Source of the DNA: a bacterium
Lineage (GTDB): Bacteria; Patescibacteriota; Patescibacteriia; PEXW01
Direction of reading: 5' to 3'
DNA length: 50,738 nucleotides
Assembly (NCBI GenBank): GCA_030689605.1
Contig: JAUYFT010000026.1
Coordinates: 1-50,738, forward strand
Shown: one piece after another, positions 41,735 through 50,084 of the stretch
Position numbering within the stretch: the first letter of the stretch is position 1
Layout of the letters: each line of letters begins with the position of its first letter
The notes under the pieces: generated by a model
What the model saw: the letters and a program-made list of their open reading frames with translations, nothing else
Told to the model about the DNA's origin: nothing
Databases searched by the model: none
Position numbers and translations under genes: made by a program

Positions 41735-42115
41735 CTACGCGGCAGTCGCCGTCTCGGCGGCTACAGCTTCGGGCTTCGCGCCTTTCCGGGCGGAACCCAG
41801 CATGATGAGCTGATTCACAACCACTTCGGTACGCTCGTGCTTCTGCTTGAGACGGTCTTCCCATTTACGATTCGTCAGCCGGCCTTCCACGTAGAGACGG
41901 TCGCCCTTGCGGACGTACTTCTCCACGACGTCAGCTAAATGCCCCCACGCCACGACGGGGTGGAACTCGACACTCTCCTTAAGCGCTTTGCTCTTTGCAT
42001 CCCGCCACACCGCGTTAGTCGCGATGCTAAAGGATGCCACCTTCTTCCCCGCGGCAGTTTTCACCTCCGGGTCGTGGGTCAGGTTACCCATCAACGTTGC
42101 TCGATTGAGATTCAT
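41735..42115 (-). CDS. ssb: Single-stranded DNA-binding protein
   Basis: MNLNRATLMGNLTHDPEVKT...VEFHPVVAWG...GDRLYVEGRL OB-fold pattern. Strong SD GGAGGTG. Confidence 0.9.
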   Translation of the reverse strand: MNLNRATLMGNLTHDPEVKTAAGKKVASFSIATNAVWRDAKSKALKESVEFHPVVAWGHLADVVEKYVRKGDRLYVEGRLTNRKWEDRLKQKHERTEVVVNQLIMLGSARKGAKPEAVAAETATAA

Positions 42116-42309
42116 ATTTATTCACCTCCCTTCAATATTGAGTGCGAAAATACTGGGGTAAAATGGGGGGCTTGACGCCCCACCCCGAACAGACGCATAC
42201 TTCTGGCTGGATACGATTATCCCGCTTAGCGGGATGTCTGTCCGGACAAAATCGCCGAGCACGGGGGTGTCTCCTTTCCAAGGCCCCGGTGTTCGGTTTT
42301 GGATTGGAG

Positions 42310-42849
42310 TTATATTTTCAAATTAATGGACTCTAGTAATTTTTGAATATTTGGAGAAAAGTATGGTTTTGCGGAATATACCAATTGTGGAACAATGCCA
42401 ACTTGCATCATGCGAGTACCAACTTGAAAAAATAATTCTGTCTCGAAAAGACCAGGGCTATCTGCAGTGCTGAGCATCCAAAAAGTATTCTTCCCGAGAC
42501 TGACCTCTTTCGGACTCCGCGTGAGCTCTGCTTCTCCTGCGGCATTCTTCGCCCAGGTCAGCGCTGTCGCTGCGTTCGGATTATCCCAAAATCGAATAGT
42601 AACATCAGGATATGCCTCGGCACTCGGTCGGAAAAGGATGCTCTGCACCTTCTGTGGGTCAACATTCGGGAATCCTGCTGGATCGCTCTCAACAACCCAC
42701 TTCGAAGAGTAGGTGAACTGCATTGCTGAACCAAAAGTCGAAGTCGATGGAACGACCTTGGCAGCGCGTATGCGTTGCAACCCAATACCAAGCACTACGA
42801 GTACGCAGAAGGTAGTGACGATAATGTATACGAACTTCTTAGAAATCAT
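42310..42849 (-). CDS. Membrane-anchored hypothetical protein
   Basis: MISKKFVYIIVTTFCVLVVLGIG anchor followed by a soluble domain, AT-richer than the backbone. ATG 42849 is preferred. Confidence 0.5.
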   Translation of the reverse strand: MISKKFVYIIVTTFCVLVVLGIGLQRIRAAKVVPSTSTFGSAMQFTYSSKWVVESDPAGFPNVDPQKVQSILFRPSAEAYPDVTIRFWDNPNAATALTWAKNAAGEAELTRSPKEVSLGKNTFWMLSTADSPGLFETELFFQVGTRMMQVGIVPQLVYSAKPYFSPNIQKLLESINLKI

Positions 42850-42929
42850 TGTACCAATAGTATAGTTGGGAGAAAGTTGAATAGGGAAGGTAGGGAGCAA
42901 AGAATGCTCCCTACCTATTTGAAGTGAGG

Positions 42930-43628
42930 TTAGAGAACTTCATACACGGAGAATTGCTTCACCTTTGTGTAAAAAGTTGACCACGACATCCAGTGGGTAC
43001 CAACCATGTTGGATCCAACAAAGTTGCAATCCAAGAACGTTATCCCCCCAGCATCAGACACATAGATGAAGGCAGTGTGGGGGTTGTAGTTCCCGGCGTA
43101 CCACATCTGCATTATCTGGCCCTGCTTCAGTGCCGAGTAGACGACGGACTGATTCTGAAGAGTCAGTCGGACATTCGAACTTGGACAGAATGCATAACCA
43201 TCGGCTTTTGGACAGATAGTCGGCATCGATGTCGATGGTAGCGTCACACATCCAGATGCAGCTTCAACAATATGCCGCGCCCAAGTTTTACAATTATACG
43301 GAACGCACATTCGATTCTCACTCAGAGCTTTCGAAATGATAATCTGGTTGCGCGTTGTCTGCGACATGGCATGCCACCCTGAAGCACTGTATGCCGCTGC
43401 CGGGGAGAGTGCATTCCTCTCATTTTCCTGATACATTTCTGCAGACACCTCCACGGTGTCACGGTAGAATACCTGAGAGCTATCTACCTTAACGGTGTTG
43501 TCGGTCGGGGTTACCGCCGACGTGATCGGGTTGGAGGACTTCTCCTCCGAGCAACCAACGATGAAGTTGGCCGCGAAGATGCTGACCATGAGGGCCAGCG
43601 TGAGAACGAGGATCTTACTCGTTTTCAT
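42930..43628 (-). CDS. Lipoprotein with a possible papain-fold (NlpC/P60- or CHAP-like) cysteine peptidase domain
   Basis: Lipobox FIVGC. The spacing NCKTWARH ... HTAFIY ... DCNF is compatible with a Cys-His hydrolase. The family assignment is tentative. Confidence 0.5.
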   Translation of the reverse strand: MKTSKILVLTLALMVSIFAANFIVGCSEEKSSNPITSAVTPTDNTVKVDSSQVFYRDTVEVSAEMYQENERNALSPAAAYSASGWHAMSQTTRNQIIISKALSENRMCVPYNCKTWARHIVEAASGCVTLPSTSMPTICPKADGYAFCPSSNVRLTLQNQSVVYSALKQGQIMQMWYAGNYNPHTAFIYVSDAGGITFLDCNFVGSNMVGTHWMSWSTFYTKVKQFSVYEVL

Positions 43629-43805
43629 GTTGTTCTCATTTCTGCAAGCCCTCACGGCTTGCGGGTTGTTGTGTTAGTACAAATACTGTTGTAATTTCCT
43701 CGATTCACGGTTCGAGACACCGTTTGGGGTCGACGAGCCCTGGGTCGTCTTGGTTCACCTCACTCCTTTTCAAGGTACAGTCTGGAACTGTGGTTAATGC
43801 TTTGT

Positions 43806-43854
43806 GAGGTGGCCAACGGTCTTTCCAAGACGTCCACTGGCTACCTCGTTTTTT
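43806..43854 (+). terminator. Intrinsic-terminator-like hairpin plus T6 with no upstream plus-strand gene
   Basis: GAGGTGGCCA (43806-15) pairs with TGGCTACCTC (43838-47), including one G.T pair, with inner pairing as well. TTTTTT follows at 43849-54. Confidence 0.6.
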
Positions 43855-43910
43855 GTGTCATCTGTAGGCTAGCACGAATAATTCCTGTTTTTTGCCGAGT
43901 TATCCACGAC

Positions 43911-43940
43911 AAAACAGCGCCGTCGCGACGGCGCTGTTTT
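43911..43940. terminator. Perfect palindrome flanked by A4/T4 (bidirectional terminator-like)
   Basis: AAAACAGCGCCGTCGCGACGGCGCTGTTTT. Confidence 0.65.
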
Positions 43941-44049
43941 GCAGAAACCCAATGAATGCAAGCTATTTCAACGGTGGCTGTTTTTAGCACCTTTTCCAGG
44001 AGTGCAATATGTATGTGGCCTTATGCACAGTTATCTACAAACGGCGCTA

Positions 44050-44077
44050 TTGACAAAAAGCGTATTTGCCCTATTAT
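44050..44077 (+). promoter_or_regulatory. Sigma-70-like promoter of the first pilin-like gene
   Basis: TTGACA (44050-55), 16-nt spacer, TATTAT (44072-77). TTATGCACA and TTATCTACA boxes lie immediately upstream (44021-39). Confidence 0.55.
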
Positions 44078-44123
44078 GTTTAGTTCTCTACACTAGAGCC
44101 ATAGTAATTACCTTACAAAACTT

Positions 44124-44492
44124 ATGAAAAATTTTACCCAACGCATCATTTCACTCGGTGCCCTCGCTAGCCTCCTGCTTCCTGCCGTCACGCACGCGGC
44201 CGTTACCATTGAGAACATCGGGGGTAGCCTGGGTCTTGGCAACGCCGACCTGAAGACCACGGTGATGAACATCATCACCTTCGTCCTCGGCCTCCTCGGC
44301 CTTATTGCCGTGGTGATGATGCTGTACGGCGGCTTCACCTGGATGACCGCGGGTGGCAACGAGGATAAAGTCGACACGGCGAAGAAAATTATTTCTTCGG
44401 CTGCGGTCGGGCTGGTCATCATTCTCATATCCTGGGCCATCGTCACCTTCGTCGTCGGTTCTACGCGGAACGTCACGGGTTCGGGTTTGTAA
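44124..44492 (+). CDS. T4SS-pilin-like (TrbC/VirB2-like) small membrane protein, copy 1
   Basis: Signal peptide followed by two hydrophobic helices around LYGGFTWMTAGGNEDKVDTAKK. This pattern matches the CPR pilin family as I recall it. Confidence 0.68.
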   Translation: MKNFTQRIISLGALASLLLPAVTHAAVTIENIGGSLGLGNADLKTTVMNIITFVLGLLGLIAVVMMLYGGFTWMTAGGNEDKVDTAKKIISSAAVGLVIILISWAIVTFVVGSTRNVTGSGL

Positions 44493-44618
44493 GCCTATGT
44501 GGATCATTCTGTAGCAACCAATGAGGAAATTTTTGGTTTGACGGACAGGAAGAACCTGGTAGAGTAAAAGCGTGTTCACTTCGAAATGAAACTCCATGAA
44601 CAGAAGGGGGGTGGATGT

Positions 44619-44978
44619 ATGAAACTCAATCGCAAACTCATCGCTGGTGCAGCGTCAATCGCGACGCTCGTTATCCCGGCAATCGCCTCTGCTGCGGTTA
44701 CAATCGAGAACGTCGGTGGCTCCCTAGGCCTCGGCTCGGCTGACCTCAAGCAGACCGTCCTTAACATTATCACCTTCGTGCTCGGTCTCCTCGGCCTCAT
44801 CGCCGTCATCATGATCCTGTACGGTGGCTTTATCTGGCTCACCGCGGGTGGCAACGAAGACAAAGTCGACCAAGCCAAGAAGATCATCTCGGCTGCGGCC
44901 GTCGGTCTCGTCGTCATTCTGGTCTCCTGGGCCATCGTCAACTTCGTCATTGGTTCCACTCGGAACGTAACGACCTAG
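44619..44978 (+). CDS. T4SS-pilin-like small membrane protein, copy 2 (tandem paralog)
   Basis: Roughly three quarters or more identical to copy 1 by eye over the mature part. ATG 44619 is preceded by AAGGGGGG. Confidence 0.68.
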   Translation: MKLNRKLIAGAASIATLVIPAIASAAVTIENVGGSLGLGSADLKQTVLNIITFVLGLLGLIAVIMILYGGFIWLTAGGNEDKVDQAKKIISAAAVGLVVILVSWAIVNFVIGSTRNVTT

Positions 44979-45000
44979 TTTCCTTTTCCTGAGAAACTCA

Positions 45001-45036
45001 CCCAGCCCCGCGCGTGCGGGGCTGGTTTTGTTTTTT
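45001..45036 (+). terminator. Rho-independent terminator
   Basis: CCAGCCCCGC-GCGT-GCGGGGCTGG followed by TTTTGTTTTTT. Confidence 0.85.
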
Positions 45037-45169
45037 ATGAATGGGATCCCCGCGAAGTTGGCGGGAACAGCCTGCCCTGAACCAGTCGACCATTGGTCTC
45101 CGATTCAGGGCATGAACCACTTCTCTGACACTCACTTGCTTACGAGTATTGACGAATTTTTCTGGCTCG

Positions 45170-45201
45170 CCATGAACCCGAACGAAGTGAGTGGTTCATG
45201 G
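45170..45201 (-). other. Conserved tRNA 3'-trailer hairpin (tRNA-Leu copy)
   Basis: CCATGAACC (45170-78) pairs with GGTTCATGG (45193-201). Flanking blocks GCCATGNACCCGAAC and GTGAGTGGTNCATGGTGC are shared with the Arg copy. Confidence 0.7.
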
Positions 45202-45283
45202 TGCCCAGGAGAGGACTCGAACCTCCACGCCTTGCGGCACGAGGTCCTAAACCTCGCGTGTATACCAATTTCACCACCTGGGC
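45199..45283 (-). tRNA. tRNA-Leu (anticodon UAG), long variable arm, CCA encoded
   Basis: Reverse complement is GCCCAGGTGGTGAAATTGGTATACACGCGAGGTTTAGGACCTCGTGCCGCAAGGCGTGGAGGTTCGAGTCCTCTCCTGGGCACCA. Anticodon loop is TTTAGGA. Confidence 0.9.
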
Positions 45284-45289
45284 TTAAAT

Positions 45290-45544
45290 TTATATATTTT
45301 GTAAAGTGAACTTCAACATTGCCCGTAACGTATATTTCCCCTTGCTGGATTTTAAATACCTTTCTCTTTTTTCGGCGTCTAACTTATTGTTAAAGGCCTC
45401 GTAAAAAATCAGCTTCACCGGCAATCTATTTTTCGTAAATGGACTCTTCCCTTTCTTGTGTTCAGCAAGCCTCCTTTTCAAGTCCAAGGTCATGCCACAG
45501 TAAAGCTGTTTGTTTGATAATTGTAAGATGTAAATATAATGCAT
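45290..45544 (-). CDS. GIY-YIG nuclease-family protein
   Basis: MHYIYILQLSNKQLYCGMTLDLKRRLAEHKKGK...EKRERYLK, strongly AT-rich. ATG 45544 is preferred because the ORF-track GTG start lies in tRNA-derived sequence. Confidence 0.75.
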   Translation of the reverse strand: MHYIYILQLSNKQLYCGMTLDLKRRLAEHKKGKSPFTKNRLPVKLIFYEAFNNKLDAEKRERYLKSSKGKYTLRAMLKFTLQNI

Positions 45545-45549
45545 ATTTT

Positions 45550-45631
45550 GCGCGTATACCACCCAGCACCACTAAAGGGTGCTGGGTAGCCATGAACCTT
45601 TAGTGGTTCATGGCAATTTCACCACCTGGGC
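45550..45631 (-). pseudogene. tRNA-Leu 5' fragment (about positions 1-30) interrupted by a 52-nt double hairpin
   Basis: 45614-45631 is identical to 45266-45283 (tRNA positions 1-18). 45550-45561 (GCGCGTATACCA) matches 45255-45267 apart from a 2-nt indel. The insert spans 45562-45613. Confidence 0.75.
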
Positions 45632-45661
45632 ATAGCCCTAGCCTACCCACCCCGCCTCCTC

Positions 45662-45690
45662 TTGACAAGGGAAAGCCAGGTCGGTATACT
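45662..45690 (+). promoter_or_regulatory. Near-consensus sigma-70 promoter upstream of the 23S rRNA
   Basis: TTGACA (45662-67), 17-nt spacer, TATACT (45685-90). Confidence 0.65.
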
Positions 45691-46727
45691 CCCTCTCGCT
45701 AGTTACGGAGGTTTCTTCTCTGACCCCGCACCCTGCATGTGTAACTCTATCCTTAATTCCGAAGGCCAAGGCGGCTAACACACGTCCCTATTTTTGGAAC
45801 CGGTGTCGTCCCGCCCCAAGCCGCGGGATTTTTGTTTCCCAGCAGAGGCCGTCCTGAGCGTAAGTCGAAGGATCCCTCTGGCGAGAAGCCCACAGCAGCT
45901 CGAACGTTACCAACTGCATAGTGCACGAACATGAATGTATAAGAAAGGTAACGAATAAGCATAAGTAAGTTAGTCTCGGAAATTTCCACACGGTAAGCTG
46001 CAGCCGCAGCGAAGCGTGTCGGACCGTTTCTGGAGACGGGTGACGACCGGTCCGCGCTCAACGTTGATGCGCGCGTGCCATGGTCGCCGCACAAGGGCGT
46101 ACGGTGGATGCCTTGGTACAATATGGCGATGAAGGACGTCGCAGCCTGCGAAAAGCTCCGGGGAGGTGGCAAGCAACCTTTGATCCGGAGATATCCGAAT
46201 GGGGAAACCCTCTACACGGAATGGTGTAGAACGCTATCCTGAATACATAGGGGTAGTGAGCGAACCTGGGGAATTGAAACATCTTAGTACCCAGAGGAAG
46301 AGAAAAAAATGCTGCAGTTATTTGAACAGTGCATCAGCAATGGTGCGCGGTTCATATTCCTGTGGTTATTCCCTGAGTAGTGGCGAGCGAAACGGGAACA
46401 GCTAAAATTTTCGTAGTGTACCCAGCCGCAAGGTTGGGAGAGACGCGTAAGCGGCTGCTACGGAGACGTTGCGAGATGATGTTATCAGAGCTTACGACTC
46501 TGAGGTAGGGACCACGCGGAGTGGTTCTCGGTGTGCCTGCGCAAGCGGGTACAGTGAGAATTATTTCGTTGCGCGTAGTCGAACCGCCTGGAACGGCGGG
46601 CCAAAGACGGTGATAGCCCGGTAGGCGAAACGCGCGAAGCTCTACGACATTTTTCTCGAGTACCGTGGGACACGTGAAATCCTATGGGAACCCGGGACGA
46701 CTACCGTCCCAAAGCTAAATACATATT

Positions 46728-46775
<48 letters not shown>

Positions 46776-48197
46776 GGAAGGGGGATGAAATAGTCTCTGA
46801 AACCGTATGCTTACAAACAGTCGTAGCCCCGCCTCGGCGGGGTCACGGCGTGCCTATTGAAGAATGAACCAACGAGTTTGTTCAGCGGAGTGGGCTAAGG
46901 CCGAGAAGGCCGGAGCCATAGTGAAAGCGAGCGTGTCAAAAGCGCGTACTATAGTTTGAAATGTATTCCGCCGCAAGGCGGACTGCATCTCTTTCTATAA
47001 ACATTCCGTTGACAAGACCCGAAGCCGGGTGATCTACCCATGACCAGGTTGAATCCCGCCGAAAGGCGGGAGGAGGACCGAACCCGTGAGCTGTGCAAAA
47101 CTCTGGGATGAGTTGTGGGTAGCGGAGAAATTCCAATCGAACTCGGCGATAGCTGGTTCTCCTCGAAATAGCTTTAGGGCTAGCGTGGCGTGTTTCCCTG
47201 CGGGGGTAGAGCGACTGAATGGACGTTGATGGCGAAAGCCTACAACGACCAACCAAACTCCGAATACCGCAGGATCTAACGCTGCAGTCAGTCCGTGAGG
47301 TCCAAGCTTCACTGGACGAGAGGGGAAGAACCCATGACCTCCATCTAAGGTCCCGAAGTGGCCGCTCAGTGGTAAAGGTGGTGGGGCGATTGAGACAACG
47401 AGGAGGTTGGCTTAGAAGCAGCCATCCTTTAAAGAAAGCGTAATAGCTCACTCGTCAAATTGCCCTGCGCCGAAAATGTATCGGGGCTCAAGCGGCCCAC
47501 CGAAGTTGAGGATGCCTCGTCGCAAGACGGGGCGTGGTAGAGGAGCGTTCCCAGCAGCGACGAAGCGAGCGTGGAAACTCTCGTGGAGCGCTGGGAAGTG
47601 CGAATGTTGGTATAAGTAACAGAAATGCGGGTGAGAACCCCGCACACCGAAAGTCTAAGGTTTCCTGGGCAACGAAAATCGTCCCAGGGTGAGTCGGTCC
47701 TAAGTCGAGGCCGAAAGGCGTAGATGATGGAGAGCAGGTTAATATTCCTGCACCACGTGATGATTATCCTGACGAGGACACATTTGTGAATTACGCACGG
47801 GATTCGGTTATGCCCGTCCCGCAAGGGGCAGTGGAAGCCGCAAGGTAACCGCAACGCGTATGCAGCAGGTGTCGAGAAAAGTCGTCAGGTTACGTCGTAC
47901 CGTGTCCGTACCGGAAACCGACACAGGTGGACTAGTGTCAACGCACTAAGGTGAACGAGAGAACCCTGGTTTAGGAACTCGGCAAAAAAGCGGCCGTACC
48001 TTCGGTATATGGCCTGCCCCGCCTCTGGCGGGGCTGCAACTAATGATATCAAGTGACTGTTTACCAAAAACACAGGTCCCTGCAAAGCCGAAAGGCAACG
48101 TATAGGGGCTGATGCCTGGCCAGTGTCAGAACGTTAAGGGGAGAGGTGCAAGCCTTGATCCGAAGCGCTGACGAACGCCGGCGATAACTATAATCGT

Positions 48198-48961
48198 TAA
48201 CGACGCTACCGCCACTCATGAAATGGGTGGCAAAAAAGTCAGGGCGATTGTAAAATTCGACTATATGCTGGAATAGCTGTCCCCTCACAGGGGTGAAGTA
48301 TCGTGTGCTACCGAGTAGGTAACAATGCACACGTGCAGCCAATCAGCAGGAAAGACTCCCTAGAATATGCCAAATACCGTGAAAGCAATCCTGACTTCCT
48401 TTCGGGGAAAACGGGAGTTGCTCCACTACTATATTGCGGGACTCGTGGATGGTGAAGGCAGTTTCAGTGTGGCGGTTATCCGCCATCCTTCTCAAACATT
48501 TGGCTGGATGATTAATCCATGCTTCCAAGTGTACCAACACGAAGCACACCGTGAAATTCTTGAACTTTGCCAGTGGGTATTTAAAACCGGCAGCATCTAC
48601 CGCAAGTCTGGGACTAACCATGTTCTGAACTTCAGTATTGATGCTCGCCGCAATCTCTTGGAGAAGGTTATCCCCTTCTTCGACCGGTACCCGCTCATCG
48701 TAAAGCGCGATGCCTATAAATCGTTCCGCACGATTACGAAAGCCATGGAACAAGGCGAGCATCAAACCCGCGAGGGTTTCTGCCGCTTGGTAACGCTGGC
48801 TTTCACGATGAACCAGCAAGGCAAAGGGCGAAAGCATACCCTCGAGTACATCCTCGAGTCGGTAAAAAGTGCTCATGGAGAATCCTCAGAGACTTTACGT
48901 CGAACCCCGCAGGGGCGGGGATGATAAAGTCCACGACCGTAGCGATACGGGTTAGAAAAAG
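48198..48961 (+). mobile_element. Group-I-like intron in 23S at E. coli position ~1923/1924 (H69 3' strand)
   Basis: Exon 1 ends AACTATAATCGT and exon 2 starts CCTAAGGTAGCGAAATTCC. Joining them restores H69 (GGCGA/TCGTC). Exon 1 ends in U and the insert ends in G. AGG-GCGATT (48241-49) can pair with exon 2 CCT (P10) and exon 1 AATCGT (P1, with a U.G pair). Confidence 0.72.
48367..48924 (+). CDS. LAGLIDADG homing endonuclease (single-motif type)
   Basis: YIAGLVDGEGSF motif. It is 185 aa and lies wholly inside the 23S insertion. Confidence 0.88.
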   Translation: MPNTVKAILTSFRGKRELLHYYIAGLVDGEGSFSVAVIRHPSQTFGWMINPCFQVYQHEAHREILELCQWVFKTGSIYRKSGTNHVLNFSIDARRNLLEKVIPFFDRYPLIVKRDAYKSFRTITKAMEQGEHQTREGFCRLVTLAFTMNQQGKGRKHTLEYILESVKSAHGESSETLRRTPQGRG

Positions 48962-49017
<56 letters not shown>

Positions 49018-49528
49018 AACTTGATAACTGTCTCAACCAGGGACTCGGTGAAATTACAAGACGAGTAAAGATGCTCGTTACCCGCAATTAGACGAAAAGA
49101 CCCCATGAAGCTTTACTGTAGTTTGGCATTGTTGACGGGTGTGTGCTGCTGAGAATACGTGGGAGACTTTGAAGTTCTACCTCTGGGTAGGATGGAGTCA
49201 CCAGTGAAATACCACGCTGTGCTCGCACGTCATCTAACGGCATCCCGTTATCCGGGATCCGGACAGTGCCTGATGGGCAGTTTAACTGGGGCGGTTGCCT
49301 CCTAAACGGTAACGGAGGCGTTTACAAAGGTTGGCTACGCACGAATGGAAACCGTGCGCGTCGGGCAAACCCACAAGCCAGCTTGACTGCAAGACCTACA
49401 AGTCGCGCAGCACCGAAAGGTGAAGTTAGTGATCCGACGATCCATTGTAGGATGGTCGAAGCTCAACGGATAAAAGTTACTCTGGGGATAACAGGCTGAT
49501 CGGGTCCAAGAGTCCACATCGACGACCC

Positions 49529-49587
<59 letters not shown>

Positions 49588-49615
49588 TGGCTGTTCGCCA
49601 ATTAAAGCGGTACGT

Positions 49616-49652
<37 letters not shown>

Positions 49653-50084
49653 CTATCTATTGCGGGCGCAGATATTTGCGAAGACTCTTCCCTAGTACGA
49701 GAGGACCGGGAAGGACGAACCTCTGGTGGATGGGTTGTTGTACCAACAGCATTGCCCAGTAGCTACGTTCGGTACGGATAAACGCTGAAAGCATATAAGC
49801 GTGAAGCCGCCTTCTAGATTAGATATCGTTATGAGCTCCCCGGGAGACTACCGGGTTGATAGGCTCTACGTGTAAGACCCGTAAGGGTTTGAGCGGAGGA
49901 GTACTAATCGAGCCAGCGGCAACCATGGGACGCGCTTTCGCAGACCCGGCGAGCAATCGCTGGGCTATCGGAGAGCGTGCACCACAGTCACCCGTTTCCA
50001 AAAGCGGTTCGTAACCTGTACCATTTCCGGTGCAGGGTAAACCTTTCACTTATACATATGTCATTGAAATTTCCCGCCCTCTTT

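Noticed and set aside
43680-43860. c-di-AMP (ydaO-type) riboswitch in the 5' region of the putative peptidase lipoprotein gene
   Set aside because: There is only a vague resemblance (GAGGTGAACC, CCGTGAATCGAGG). The conserved ACGGGG/CCCGA cores I remember are missing. The only good terminator in the region is on the opposite strand.
48343-48876. 177-aa minus-strand ORF antisense to the LAGLIDADG gene
   Set aside because: The plus-strand frame carries the LAGLIDADG motif and sensible composition. The antisense frame has no motif and is a mirror ORF.
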